Shown piece after piece: positions 49,141-63,632 of a stretch of DNA of 64,000 nucleotides. Numbering within the stretch: position 1 is the first letter of the stretch; the number at the start of each line of letters is the position of its first letter. The stretch covers positions 2,358,001-2,422,000 of the forward strand of contig CM075993.1 in assembly GCA_038087875.1 (NCBI GenBank), read 5' to 3'. The translations under genes and the position numbers were made by a program. Under the pieces are notes generated by a model that saw only the letters and a program-made list of their open reading frames with translations, had not been told where the DNA came from and made no database searches. The stretch comes from Malacoraja senta. Its lineage: Eukaryota.

Positions 49141-50814
49141 AAAATAATCAGATGGCAGAATGAGACTGGCTGAGTAACTCCAGCATTTTATGTGGTTTTC
49201 TTTCGCTGAACTTGAGCACTGTTTTCCGGCATGAACCCCGTGTCCCTCATCTCTCCGTCTTGTGTTCTGTTGTGACATTCAGTGGCAATGACTTTGCAGA
49301 AAGTGGAGTTCAGTACACATCTGCCACTAACTGCGTGTTTCCTGTTGGCAACTGAAGAGAGGTATCTGGTTGCTTCTCTGATCAATATCACATCGCTGTT
49401 TGTGGGATGTTGTCCATGCAAATTGGCTGCCAAGTTTCCAATGCTAAAATAGTGTCTTCATGTCAAAAACATATCAATGAGTCTAAAGAAGGGTTTCGAC
49501 CCGAAACGTTGCCTATTTCCTTCGCTCCATAGATGCTGCCTCACCCGCTGAGTTTCTCCAGCATTTTTGTCTACCTTCAATGAGTGAGAAGCAGGGTCTC
49601 GAAGTCTGAAGAAGGGTCTCGACCCGAAACGTCACCTATCCATGTTTCCTTCGCTCCAGAGATGTTGCCTGACCCGCTGAGTTACTCCAGCGCTTTGCAT
49701 CCTTTGATGCCCTGTGATGATGAAAACTGCTGGAACCTTAATAATAGCTCTCCATGTATAGTTAGTTTAGTTTAGTTTAGTTTAGAGATACAGCACGTAA
49801 ACAGGCCTTTCGGCCCACCGGGTCTGCACCGACCAGCGATCCCCACACATATCCTACACACATATCCTACACACACTAGGGACAATTTATACACATACAC
49901 CAAGCCAATTAACCTACAAACCTGTCCATCTTTGGAGTGTGGGAGGAAACCGAAGATCTCCATGTGGTCACGGGGAGAATGTACAAACTCCCTACAGACA
50001 GCACCCGTAGTCGGGATCGAACCCGGGTCTCTGGCGCTGCAAGCGCTGTGAGGCAGCAACTCTACCGTGGCCGCCCTTGTCTTTTCCAATGATTAAACAC
50101 ATTATCACAACATTTTTTAAAAAATTGCGCTTCCCACATGGTCGGCAACTCCCCTTAATAAAATAGAGGACATTTGACCCATTGTCATCACATCCCAAAG
50201 CATTCCCATCAGACCAGTTCCATCAGAGTTCCCTGTAGCACAATTAAACATTACATAGTGAAATTAATGTTGCATAAACAGTACAGTGGCACAGCTGGTA
50301 GAGCCACTGCCTCACAGCGCCTGAGACCCCGGTTCGATCCTGACCTCGGGTGCAGTCTGTGTGGAGTTTGCATGTTCTCCCTGTGACCTGGTGGGTCACC
50401 ACCGGGTGCCCCGGTTCCCTCCCACGTCCCAAAGATGTGCGGGTTTGTAGGTTAACGGCCCCAAGTGTGTCGGGAGTGGATGCGGAAGTGTAATAACATG
50501 GCACTAGTGTGAATGGGTGATCGATGGTCAGCGTGAACTCTCTGGGCTCAAGGGCTTATGTCCACACTGTATCTTTCAATTAATAAATCAATCTCTGTCC
50601 TGAACAGCAAACTCCATACTCTGTAACTGCACTTCGAGACACCTCAGCTAGTGGAAACGTCAGCTCTGCAACTCCTCTGTCAAGCCCCTTAAGAATATTG
50701 TATATTTGAAAGATTTTTTAAACTACATTTTTAATACTATTTTTAATATTTGATTAGTAATTAAAATAATAATTCAAAATTTAAAATATTTTAATATTGT
50801 TAAATAGTTAGCTA

Positions 50815-51120
50815 TAGGGTGGCATGGTGGTGCAATGGTAGAGTTGCTGCCCTACAGCGCCAGAGACCCGGGTTCGATCCTGACTACGGGTGCTTTGAAC
50901 AGAGTATGTACGTTCTCCCTGTGACTGCGTGGGTTTTCTCCGGGTGCTCCGGTTTCCTCCCACACTCCGAAGACGTACAGGTTTGTAGGTTATTTGGCTT
51001 AGGCTATGATTGTAAACTGTCCCTAGTGTGTAGGCTAGTGCTAGGGTTCGGGGATTGCTGGTCGGCGCGGACTTGGTGGGCCGAAGGGCCTGTTCCCGCA
51101 CTGTATCTCTAAATTAAACT
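50815..51120 (+). mobile_element. V-SINE (HE1-like), full length
   Basis: tRNA-like head with GGTTCGATCC B box, V-domain and CR1-like tail. Other copies at ~24275-24517(-), 39195-39730(-), 41126-41400(+), 42200-42500(+), 43045-43370(-), 49760-50075(-), 50280-50580(+), 53956-54265(+) and 55600-55903(-). Confidence 0.85.
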
Positions 51121-54100
51121 ATATTAAAAGTAAAAGTTGATTTGTATAGTTATTAAATGCCTTCATCATAGACATTGAAAAGTTATTAAAATGCCTCTGA
51201 CAGCTGTCAAGGTGTTCTGGAATTAGGGCCTTAGGGTTCAACACCTGAGGCCTACTTGTTGCTCAGAGACCATTCTTCCTGAGTGTGGGGTCACAATTAG
51301 TTTGGCCTTCGGCACTTGGGAAAGGTGAGTCTATGAAGGAAGAATGTACTGGTTTGAATTGGGAGCAAATAAATTGCACACATAAATAAATAAATAAATA
51401 ATAAACAAAAATAAAATAAAGGTGGCAAAAAAATATATGCCTTGCTGTATCTCTGAACTGAACTAAACTAAAACTAACATTGTTTAAGAAGGAACTGCAG
51501 ATGCTGGAAAAGTTTCTCCAGCATTTTTGTCCACCTAAAACTAACATTGGACAGGTACATGGATAGGGAGGTTTAGAGGGATATGGGCCAAACGCAGGCA
51601 GGTGGGACTAGCGTAGATGGGGCATCTTGGTTGGCATGGGCAAGTTGGGCCAAAGGGCCTGTCCCACTTACGCGACTTTTTCGGCGACAGGTCGTTACAG
51701 GTCGGCGAAAATTTTCAACATGTTGAACATCCAGCGGCGAGCAGAACAAGGTACGACTCTTTGGGCGACTACTCACGACCATACAGGCTTCACCCCGCGA
51801 CATGACGCCTGTATGGTCGTGAGTCGTCTCCTCAGTCGCCCAAAGAGTCGTAGTGTCTTTCTGGATGCCGCTGGATTTTCAACATGTTGAAAATTTTCGC
51901 CGACCTGCAACGACCTATGACGGGTGCCGGCAGTCGCTGAAAAAGTCGCGTAAGTGGGACAGGGCCTTATGGGTCTGTTTTAAAGTTGGAAATAGAAAAG
52001 TAAATTTTGACAGTCCTCGGCAGATTAGCTAATATCAATAAAGGGGAGAAAGGCTCACGATGTTTGAATTAATACATTCATCAGAATAGACCTCGGATGA
52101 ACAAGCTGGGACAAAGATACTGATTAAATGTTCTGTGTGGCCTCTGTAGCTTGAGTGCAGTGAAATATGCTCTCTAGGGCTATGAATAAAGAACAGTCAG
52201 CACTCACTAATCCCAGGGGAGTCCCTCATCTCAGGAACCTCCTTAACGGCCTCCACAGATTCACAAAGCTCTTTATTATAAAACCAACTGCATCAGATTG
52301 AGAATTTCTATGTTAAAATAACTGGAGCTTCCAAATGAAACCGCAGTTCCCAATTAAAGACTTCTGTGCTTAGTTGTTTAGCTGTCTTATCTCATTTTAC
52401 AGTATAATGTTGACATTTATTTGATGTTTAAGAAAGAACTGCAGATGCTGGAAAAATCAAAGGTGGATAAAAATGCTGGAGAAACTCAGCGGGTGAGGCA
52501 GCATCTATGGAGCAAAGGAATAGGCGACGTTTTGGGTCGAGACCCTTCTTCAGACATTTATTTGATGGTGCAGTTGTAATATGTGTTTTACACATTCTGT
52601 ATTTGCAGGGGGGGGGGCGCCCTAAATACTGAGGCTGCTGAGTAATGTTACCACAGCAATCTTATAAAGGAGTATAAAATCATGAGAGGAATAGATCGGG
52701 TTGAGTCTCTTGCCCAGAGTAGGGGGATTGAGGACCAGGGGACCTGGGTTTAAGGTGAAGGGGAAAAGATTTAACAGGAATCTGAGGGGTAACTTTTTCA
52801 CACAAAGGGTGGTGGGTGTATGGAACAAGCTGCCAGGGGAGGTAGTTGAGGCAGGGACTATCCCAACATTTAAGAAACAGTTAGATAGGTACATGGATAG
52901 GACAGGTTTGGAGGGATATGGACCAAGCGCAAGAGGAGGTAGTTGAGGCTGGGACTATCCCAATGTTTAAGAAACAGTTCAATAGGTACATGGATAGGTA
53001 CATGATTTGGACCAAACGCGGGCAGGGGGGACTAGTGTAGCTGGGACATGTGGGCAAGTTGGGTGCGGGAAAGTTGGGCCGAAGGGCCTGTTTCCACGCT
53101 GCATCACTCTATGACTCCATAATTAAGGGGACATTGCTGAACTGAGAGGGATTGTGTTGTGTGATCGTGGCTGTGTGCTTTCATCCATTTACTCACAAAG
53201 AGAACACCAGTTGCACGGGTGTGCTGTGTTTAGAAAGGCTGCGCTCCATTCACGGAGGTTGTACTGTAATTAAAGGGAATTCCCTGTATTTACAGGGAGG
53301 ACATTGTGATTATAGGCACTGTCCTGTTGTATGTGATCCCAGGCTGTGCTGTATTTACAGGGGTGTGTTTCATTTATAATGGTATACTCTATTTACCGAG
53401 GCTGTAATTATGGGGGTGTTCCCTGAATCTGCAGAGGCAAATGTTGTGATCACTGGAACTTTTTTTGTTGTTCGATCCCTTCATAGACTAGGCTGAATTA
53501 AAGAGGCACCATATTATCAGAGGCTCTATGCTGTATTTGTAAAGGATCCACTGCGTTTGAAGGGTAGAGCATTAGATGAAATATATACATAGTAGGTCTC
53601 TATTCTGCTGTGTCCTGTACCAGTCTTGTCTGTGTAGGAAGGAACTGCAGATGCTGGTTTAAACCGAAGATAGACACAAAAAGCTGGGGTAACTCGATGG
53701 GTCAGACAGCATCCCTGGAGAAAAAGAATAAATAACATTTGGGTTTGAGATCCTTCTTCAGACGGTCTGTAGAAGGGTCTCGACCCAAACATCACTCATT
53801 CCTTCTCTCCAGAGATGCTGCCTGTCCTGTTGAGTTACTCCAGTATTTTGTGCCTGTATTGTTATATGTTTTTTATGGTCTTAAATCTGTGACCCCTCAC
53901 AGACACACCAGCTCTCTATCTGTAGCTGAACCCTTGTCAGTGAATTTTTTGCGCAGCGGCACGGTGGCGCAGCGGTAGAGTTGCTGCCTCACAGCGCCGG
54001 AGACCCGGGTTTGATTCCGACTACGGGTGCTGTCTGTATGGAGTTTGTACGTTCTCCCCGTGACCTGCGTGGGTTTTCACCGAGATCTTCGGTTTCCTCC

Positions 54101-54514
54101 CACACTCCAAAGACGTACAGGTTTGTAGGTGAATTGGCTTGGTGTACGTGTAAATTGTTCCTAGTGTGTGTAGGATATGTTAGTGTGCAGGGATCGCAGG
54201 TCGGCGCGGGCTCGGTGGGCCGAAGGGCCTGTTTCTGCGCTGTATCTCTAAACTAAACTAAACTGAAGCACATGCCTTTACATGATCTCAACTTCAAAAG
54301 AGAGAAAGGATAAACTTTCCATGAAACTGTCAGAGTAGACAGTAAACTCTTGGACAGTTTTATTCAATGTTAAACGTTTAAATCAACAGAAGCAAGAAAT
54401 ACCTGGCAGTCTAGAAATTCATTCCTGCACTAAATATATAACATTGAGCAGCAAAAATGCTACTCTGCTTTCAAAAGTAACTTACATTGATTTTAAATTT
54501 AACGGATAATGCGT

Positions 54515-54942
54515 AGATACACGCTCAGGCACAGGCACACACACACACACACATAAATACACACATATATACACACACGCACGCACACACACATACTGTA
54601 TATATATATACACATACGCTCAGACACACACACACACACACACACATAAATACACACATATATACACGCACGCACACACACATACTGTATATATATATAC
54701 ACATACGCTCAGACACACACACACACACATAAATACACACATATATACACACACGCACACACACACACAGACACAGTCGTACAGACACACGCACACACAC
54801 ATATACACACATATATACACACATATATACACACACGCACACATAGACACAGTCATAGACACACACATGTATACACACGTATACACACATATATACACAC
54901 ACACATACACACATACGCTCAGACACACACACATAACTACAC

Positions 54943-54984
<42 letters not shown>

Positions 54985-55038
54985 AGAGGCACAGACACCC
55001 ACATATATACTCACATTCACACATGCACAGACACGAAC

Positions 55039-55125
<87 letters not shown>

Positions 55126-55295
55126 CACACACACATATACACACATATATACACACATGCACACACACAGACACAGACCCCGACGCACAAACACAGACAC
55201 ACTCACACACATAGACCCATGCACACAGGCACATAGACACACAAACACATATAAACATGTACACATGTACACACACAACTACTTATATACATATA
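54515..55295. repeat. Compound (CA)n/(TA)n microsatellite with a higher-order internal duplication
   Basis: Visible in the sequence. Includes a long pure CA run at ~55042-55118 and repeated blocks CACATACGCTCAGACACAC. Confidence 0.95.
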
Positions 55296-58200
55296 AAGGT
55301 AGACACAAAATCTGGAGTAACTCAGCGGGACAGGCTGCGTCTTTGGAGAAAAGGAATCGGTGCCATTTCGGGTCGAGACCCTTCTTCAGACGGAATACAC
55401 ACACATATGCTCAGACGTACACACACACACAAACCTGCATTTCTTTGGAGTGTCGTAGGAAACCAGAGCACCCGGAGAAAACCCACGTGGTCACAGTGAT
55501 AACGTACAAACTCAAAGAGTTTACTGTCTACTCTGACAGTTTCATGGAAAGTTTATCCTTTCTGTCTTTTGAAGTTGAGATAATGTAAAGGCATGTGCTT
55601 CAGTTTAGTTTAGTTTAGTTTAGAGATACAGCGCGGAAACAGGCCCTTCGGCCCACCAAGTCCATGCTGACCAGCGATCCCCGCACATTAACGCTGTCCT
55701 ACACACACTAGGGACAATTTGCACTTATACCAAGCCAATTAACCTACAAACCTGTACGTCTTTGGAGTGTGGGAGGAAACTGAAGATCTCGGAGAAAACC
55801 CACGCAGGTCACGGGGAGAACATACAAACTCCGTACAGACAGCACCCGTAGTCAGGATCGAACCCGTGTCTCTGGCGCTGTGAGGCAGCAACTCTACCGC
55901 TGCAAGACTATACCACCCAAAAATTAAAATTCCAAAACCGAGATTGGTAGATTTTTGTTAGGCATGGAAAGAATTAAGTTAAGAAACAAATCAGCCTGGA
56001 ATTAATAACATCAAAACTGGCTTGGGACCCAGACTGGTCAACTCGTATTCCAATGTTTAAATGCAAGGCTTGATGGATCCACCAGGACTTACTTTGATGC
56101 GGCACTGTGACAAATAGAACTTTCGAATGTCTTCATACATTAAAGGTGTTATATAAATGCAAATCGCTGCTGCAGGACCTGATTCATGAAGTCACCCTCT
56201 CTGACGGATGACAAAAAATTGATGAGCTTGCTCAGGAGTTTAGAGATACAGCGCGGAAACAGGCCCTTTGGCCCACCGAGACCGTGCTGACCAGCGATCC
56301 CTGCACACTGGCATTATCCTCCACACACAAGGGACAATTTACACTTTTACTGGCAAATATACAGGAAGAGATGTATCAGCAGAGCCATCTCCATCATCAA
56401 AGACCCCTACCACCCATCGTATCACATATTCTCCATCCTGCCATCTGGGAAGAGGTACAGGAGCATTAGGTGCAAAACCAGCAGGATGCTCCTCAGCTTC
56501 TTCCCGCAGGTTATAAGACTGATAAACGGACTTTGCCCCCCTGCCAAAGTATCGTGCACCAACCACCAACCTGGACACACTGCAGCAGAGCCACTGTCGT
56601 GCCGCTGCCGATCGGAACGCCTGTTGATGTTTAGTAGAGAGTAGAGTGTTAATTTGTTCATGATATATGTATTTTTACTTCTATTTATTTTTTTATGCAC
56701 ATTGAAATGGCCACTGGTTGAGTAACTTTTTTTTGTTTCCTCTGGGTATACGAATACTCAGGAAATGACAATAAAGATATACAATACAATACAATACAAA
56801 TTAAGTTACAAACCTGTACTTCTTTGTTGTGTGGGAGTTGGAGGCTGAGGGGCGCCTTAGACAGAAGTATATAAAACTATTTTGAGGCACCGGTAATGCA
56901 GACGGTCAGAATCTTTCTCCGGGGGTAGAAATACAAATCCAAGTTTACAAGGTGTGAGGAGAAAAGTTGAAAGGAGATGCGTGAGACAATTATTTTTAAC
57001 ACAGTGGTCGGTGCTTGGAATGTGCTGCCAGCAGATGTGGCGGAAGAAGATAATATAGCTAGATTTAAGAGGCATGCTGATAGAACTATGAACATGAAAG
57101 AAGGGAGGACAATAGACCACATGACCAATGGGGTTAGTCATGGTCAGCACAGCCACAGTGGGCTGAATTACCTTTTCTTGCTACATATATTAAGCTTAAA
57201 TTCTTAAGGGATTGGAGGGCCGAATGGCCTACTCCTGCACCTAGTGTCTATTGACAGGCTAGATGCAGGAAAAATGTTCCCCATGTTGGGGGAGTCAAAA
57301 ACCAGGGGTCATAGTTTAAGGATAATGGGTCGGCCATTTAGGACTGAGATGAGGAAAAACTTCTTCACCCAGAGTTGTGAATCTGTGGAATTCTCTGCCA
57401 CAGAAGGCAGTGGAGGCCAATTCACTGGATGTTTTCAAGAGAGAGTTAGATTTAGCTCTTAAGGCTAACGGAATGAAGATTATGGGGAGAAAGCAGGAAC
57501 GGGGTACTGATTCTGGATGATCAGCCATGATCATATTGAATGGTAGTGCTGGCTCGAAGGGCCGAATAGCCTACTCCTGCACCTATTTTCTATGTTTCTA
57601 TTTTTCTATTTTCTATGTCCAATGAAAGACACATCTTTATAGAAGGAAAACACATTGGGGTATTTAGTAAGAAGCATGATAGTTGAACGATCCTCCGTTA
57701 AATAGAGATAGGTTTATTGGTTGCAATGGTCATGGTAAAATTCTTGGCATCTTCACAGTTATTCAGTGACAATAAACTATATGATAATATTCATCAGGAT
57801 TTTTTAAATTGCCTTATCCATTTAATTTTGAACTTTTACGTTCAATAAGAATTAGTTGATATTTTTTGGGAGTAAATTATAGATGTTAACATAAAATCAT
57901 TTCCTTCCTCAAAACCGGTCAATATTTGCCATTTTCTCGACAGTAATTTGTCCTTTACCTTCTTTCTTGTCCTTCGCAAGTAGTTTTGAAGATCAGATCA
58001 ATTAAAGTGGCTCATCTCTCCCCACAGAAAATTGCCTCCATGGAGTGCTCCATTGCAACTAGATCCTCAGTCCGACGATGGTCAAATAACAAGGAATGTC
58101 TGACCCGCTGGGTTACTCCAGATTTTGTGACCCACTTCTCTCTTCCCCAGTTCCGATGGAAGTTTGCAGGCCAGAAACATTGATCGCTTCTCGTTCCACA

Positions 58201-58856
58201 GATGCTGACTGACCTGCTGAGTTTTTCCAACACCCTCTGTTTTTGTTTCAGATTTCCAGCAATCCTCATTTTGTTTTATTATTATCCTCAGTCTTGAATA
58301 TTTATGCCCAGTTGACCTCGAGAAAATGATGGTGAGTCACCTTCTTGATTAGCTGTAGTCCCTCTGCTAAAGATGCTCCATGGTGAACGTTCCAACACAT
58401 ACACCCCCAACGGTGCTGAAGAAATGACGAGATATATCCAAGTCACAACAAAATCTGTCTTGTGGCAATAGACATAGACAATAGGTGCAGGAGTCGGCCA
58501 TTCGGCCCTTCGAGCCAGCACTGCCATTCAATGTGATCATGGCTGATCATCCACAATCTTGTGGGGGGGAACTTCAAGCATGGAAAATGTGAAGTTTTTT
58601 TATAAGAAAGACTTTAGCGATAGAGATACAGATAGGGTGCAGAAACAGACCCTTCGTCCCATCGAGTCCGTGCCGACCAGCAATCACCCCATACACTAGC
58701 ACTATCTTACGCAAAAGGGACAATTTACAATTTTACTGAAGCAAGTTAACCTACAAACCTGTGCATCTTTGGAGTGTGGGAGGAAACCGGAGCACCCGGA
58801 AAAAACCCGCGCAGCCACACGGAAAACGTGCAAACCCGCACAGACTGCACCCGTAG

Positions 58857-59690
58857 TTTTGGTTCTTGGTTTTCTTGGTCCTCCAAAATATTCCAAATGG
58901 AATTTAAACTGGAGGTGGTGGAGGGAGGACTTAAGCCAGAAAGGGTTTTTGGGAAGAAAGAGCTACCTTAAATTTAGTTGCATCTGGTTGGGTAACTATA
59001 GTAGGGTGAAGATTATTCCACGCTTTAATTGTGCGGGGGAAGAATGAATTGCTGTACACATCTGTCTTGGTAGCTGGAATCACAAATTGGATCGAATGCC
59101 CTCGTCTGCTCCTAATTGGTTTGGGTTTGGTGTAGGTCTTGTAATCTATGTCGAGCTGACCATTTAACATTTTGTAAAAACAGGTCAAACGGTGAGCTTC
59201 ACGTCTGTCTTGGAGAGGGTTCCACCCCAGAGAATTCAGAAGTTTGGTAACACTCGCTTCTCTCTCATAGGTGTCAGTAACAAATCGAGCTGCCTGTCTT
59301 TGGACACGTTCGATGGAAGAAATGTTTTATTTGTGTATGGGTCCCATGCTGCAACTGCGTAGTCCAAATGAGGTCTAACGAGGGTGAAGTATAGCTTCTC
59401 CTTGATAGAAGTTGAACAATGATGAAAGTTGCGCCTCAGAAAATTTAGGACACCTGTTGCTTTCACCGTTGCATGATGAGTCTGGCCATTCCAACGCTGA
59501 TCATTCTGCAATTTGATACCAAGATACTTGGTTTGTTTGGATTCTTCAAGGGTGGCACCAAGTATATTGTAAGATGTTTTCGCCTGGATTCCTCTTTCTG
59601 GTGACACGCATGGTTTCACATTTGGAAGGGTTGAACTGCATGCCCCATTGTTGTGACCACTCAACCATTGTATCGAGGTCCTTTTGGAGA
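58857..59690 (-). mobile_element. CR1-group LINE of a distinct (invertebrate-like) type, 5'-truncated, nested in a V-SINE
   Basis: KYLGIKLQND...LNFLRRNFHHCSTSIKEKLYFTLVRPHLDYAVAAWDPY and SFFPRTIKAWNNL, with an (ACCAAGA)n-like tail. Splits a SINE at CCCGTAG|TCAGGATCG. Confidence 0.8.
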
Positions 59691-62600
59691 TCAGGATCGA
59701 ACCCGGGTCTCTACTGCTGCTCCACTGTGCCCTTCCTACTTGCAGGGATACATTGCCTGCTTGTTGAAAAGATAAAGGAGGCAAAGGAAGAGATGACGGG
59801 CATTTAGTTCAGTTTAGTTTAGAGATAAAGCACGGAAACAGGCCCTTCGGCCCACCGAGTCTGCGCCGACCTGCGATCCCTGCACATTAAAACCACCCTA
59901 CAATACGATACAATACAGTTTATTGTCATTTGAACCTCAAATGAAGTGGGTTCGTATCCCACTTCTGACACCATGTAAATCACTTCAAACAGCATAAGAT
60001 TTACACACATCTTTAATCAACATATTAACTTGGCAGCATTACAAAACGAGGTGTCGTCAGTTCATCCTGGCTGCTTCAACTAACGGTGCTGGGAATGGGC
60101 GTTAGTATAAATGTTATAATGGGGTGGAGTTAGTGATGCTGGCTAAGTGTGATTGATTCACATGCATCATCAATCTACTGTCTTCATGGGATGGTGTGGG
60201 CGCTTAATGGCAGTGTTCAGGTCTTTGGGATTAATGCACAGGCGGATTTCACAAACGAAATTTGGTTTCTGCAGTCATACAACAAGAAAAACAAACCAAG
60301 ACACACAATGAACACAATTTACACAAACATCCATCACAGTGAATCTCCTCCTCACTGTGATGGAAGGCAAAGTCATTGTCTCTCCCCTGTTTTCCATTCT
60401 TCTCCCGATGTTAAAGCACACACTAGGGACAATTTTACATTCATACCAAGCCAATTAACTTACAAACCTCTACGTCTTTGGAATGTCGGAGGAACCACAG
60501 CACCCAGAGAAAACCTGGAGGTCACGGGGAGAACATACAAACTCCACACAGACAAGCACCCGTAGTCAGGATCGAACCCTGGTCTCTGGCGCTGTAAGGC
60601 AGCAACTCTCCTGCTGCCTTCCGTCAAGTCAAGTCAAGTCACATTTATTTATATAGCACATTTAAAAAACAACTCTCGTTGGCCAAACTGCTTTACATTT
60701 GAATTGGTCGCCGCTGCTCTCTCCTCAAATTGTGTTTCTTATTTTCTTTTGGTGCTTTTGAAATTGAATTCTGTCCTTGATTTGTGTACTGTGGTGTTTT
60801 TTTTTATTTAATTTATTCCGATTATGTGTTTTTTTGTTTTGTTGTGATTCTATGCATTGTAAGGTGTCCTTGGGTTTTAGAAAGGCGCCAGTAAATAAAA
60901 TGATTATTATTATTATTATATTATAATAGTATAAACAAACAAACTACATACATGTAGCCCTCGCTCAGAGGACGTCAAGAAAGGCTTGGGAGTACAGATG
61001 GGTTTTTAGTCTCGACTTAAAGGAGTCGATGGAGGGGGCAGTTCTGATGGGAAGAGGGATGCTGTTCCACAGTCTAGGAGCTGCAACCACAAAGGCGCGG
61101 TCGCCCCTGAGCGGCAACTTGTGCTGCATTTCAAGTTCAAGTTCAAGTTACATGTGTTGTCTCATGCACCAATTGGTACAGTGAGATTTGAGTTACCATA
61201 CAGCCATACGAATAGAAAGAGAACACAACACAAGTTGAACATAAACATCCCCCCACAGCAGAATCAGCGTTTCCCACTGTGAGGGAAGGCAATAAAGTCC
61301 AGTCATCTTCCTCATTGTTCACCCGTGGTCGCAGAATAATCAAAAAACACTGCTATCAAACTGATGAAAGTCAAAGTTATTGGCAAGGAGCATGGAGGCA
61401 ATTAACGGCGTGCGAGGACAGAGCCATTATTGGCTGCATAAAAGCCGGCATCCGGCCGCTAACTGTGGTTAATCATTGAACAATGTCAGGAGATAACACA
61501 GTCTGACGAAAGGTCATCTAATCCATTGTCCACACTCCCTCCAGATAATGGGAGTTTGCTGGTGGATTTAATCTCCTGAGCAAGGTGAACAACTCATTAA
61601 AATTTGCCATTCAGTGATGAGATGAAAAGAGATGAAGGGATCATGGACAGAGAAATGTGTAGGAAGGAACTGCAGATGCTGGTTTAAAGCGAAGATAGAC
61701 ACAAAATGCTGGAGTAACTCAGCGGGACAGGCAGCATCTCTGGAGAGAAGGAATGGGCGACGTTTCGGGTCGAGACCCTTCTTCAGACTGCAATTAGGAT
61801 TGTAATCATCGTTACTTTTTTGCATATCTTTCATTCATTGTTCTTTATCTCTCCACATCACCGTCTATATCTCTCATTTCCCTTATCTCTAACCAGTCTG
61901 AAGAAGGGTCTCGACTTGAAACGTTACCCATTCCTTCTCTCCAGAAATGCTGCCTGTCCCGCTGAGTTACTCCAGCTTTTTGTGAATATCTTCAGTTTAA
62001 ACCAGCATCTGCAGTTCCTTCCTACTATCTACCTCATTGGAGACTATCATTTATCGGACGCTATTTGCTTTATCTTGCACTAAACATTATTCTCTTATCA
62101 TGTATCTGTCCAGTGTGAATGGCTCGATCGTAATCATGTATTGTCTTTCCGCTGACTCGATAGCACGCAACAAAGGCTTTTCACTGTACCTCGGTACACG
62201 TGACAATAAACTAAAACTGAAACTAGAATCATAGAAACATAGACAATAGGTGCAGGAGTAGGCCATTCGGCCCTTCGAGCCAGCACCACCATTCAATATG
62301 ATCATGGCTGATCATCCAAAACCAGTACCCCGTTCCTGCTTTAGGTAGAATGGCAGTGCAGGTTCGAAGGGCCGAATGGCCTACTCCTGCACCTATTTTC
62401 TATGTTTCTATGTTTCTATGTTTCTCCCCATATCCCTTGATTCCCTTAGCTCTAAGAGCTAAATCTAAATCTAATTGGTCTCCACTGCCTTGTGTGGCAG
62501 GGAATTCCATAGATTCAGAGGGAAGTCTGTCCAAGTCAACCAGCAAGTTGAGAATATGGTGAATGCAGGGAAAATTTAAAGTTGAAATTGGTGAGTAAAA

Positions 62601-63632
62601 TGAGCAAATAAACAGTTGATGCCCTTCAGTGGAAAAAATATAACGAAATGCAATTTGGAAATAAGGATTAGGTTGAAAACTGCTCATAACTGCTAAGGCT
62701 TCCACTGGAGTCACAAGGGCTTTAGTGTGGAGGGCGTTAAAAGTGACAGCTAAAGCGAAAAAAGTATTAAAATTGGAAATGAAATCCTTAGCTTTGTATC
62801 CAGAGGCAGAAAATACAGATGCAAGTATACAATACCAGACTGTTTTGTCACCTTGCACCATTTTGTATGCTCTTTAGCATATTAAAACAGTCGAATTGGT
62901 GCCATGCAGATGGGATAATATTTAGGCGTTACAATTATGAAGGAAGGTACTGGAAATTTTCCTCTAAATGAGATGGGCTGATGAAAGATCATGGAAAAAT
63001 AACGTGATGGTTTACTTGCGTAGGAAGGAACTGCAGATGCTGGCTTAAACCGGAGATACACACCAAAAGCTGGAGTAACGCAGCAGGACAGCAGCATCTC
63101 TGGAGAGAAGGAATGGGTGACGTCACCCGTTCCTTCTCTCCAGAGATGCTGCCTGAGTTACACCAGCTTTTTTGCATCTATCTTCGGTTTAAGCCAGCAT
63201 CTGCAGTTCCTTCCTACACCTCTAAGAATTGTGTATGTTTCAATGAGATCATCTCCCATTCTACTCTGTTTAAGAAGGAACTGCAGATGCTGGAAAATCA
63301 GTCTGAAGAAGGGTTTCGGCCCAAAACGTTGCCTATTTCCTTCGCTCCATAGATGCTGCTGCACCCGCTGAATTTTTCCAGTACTTTTGTCTCCCATTCT
63401 ACTCTGCTCTGCAGTGTATAAGTCTGCTTTATATCACATTAAATGACAACCTCCCAACCCTGAGATCCCTAATGACCATTGGTGTCCCGCCTAGTTGCAA
63501 TCATTGCATGTGGCGATATGCACTGTGCAATCATCCTACTTATATTTGAATATCACTGTACCTTAATTGGTACACGTGACAATAAAAGACCTTTGAAATC
63601 TTTATATTAGATGGCTCCTGTGGTCTATAATG

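Noticed and set aside
50815..50890. tRNA-like sequences with A/B boxes
   Set aside because: They are SINE heads continuing into the V-domain, not complete cloverleaf tRNA genes.
54499..55278. Cys/Val and His/Thr-rich ORFs
   Set aside because: Artefacts of the (CA)n microsatellite.
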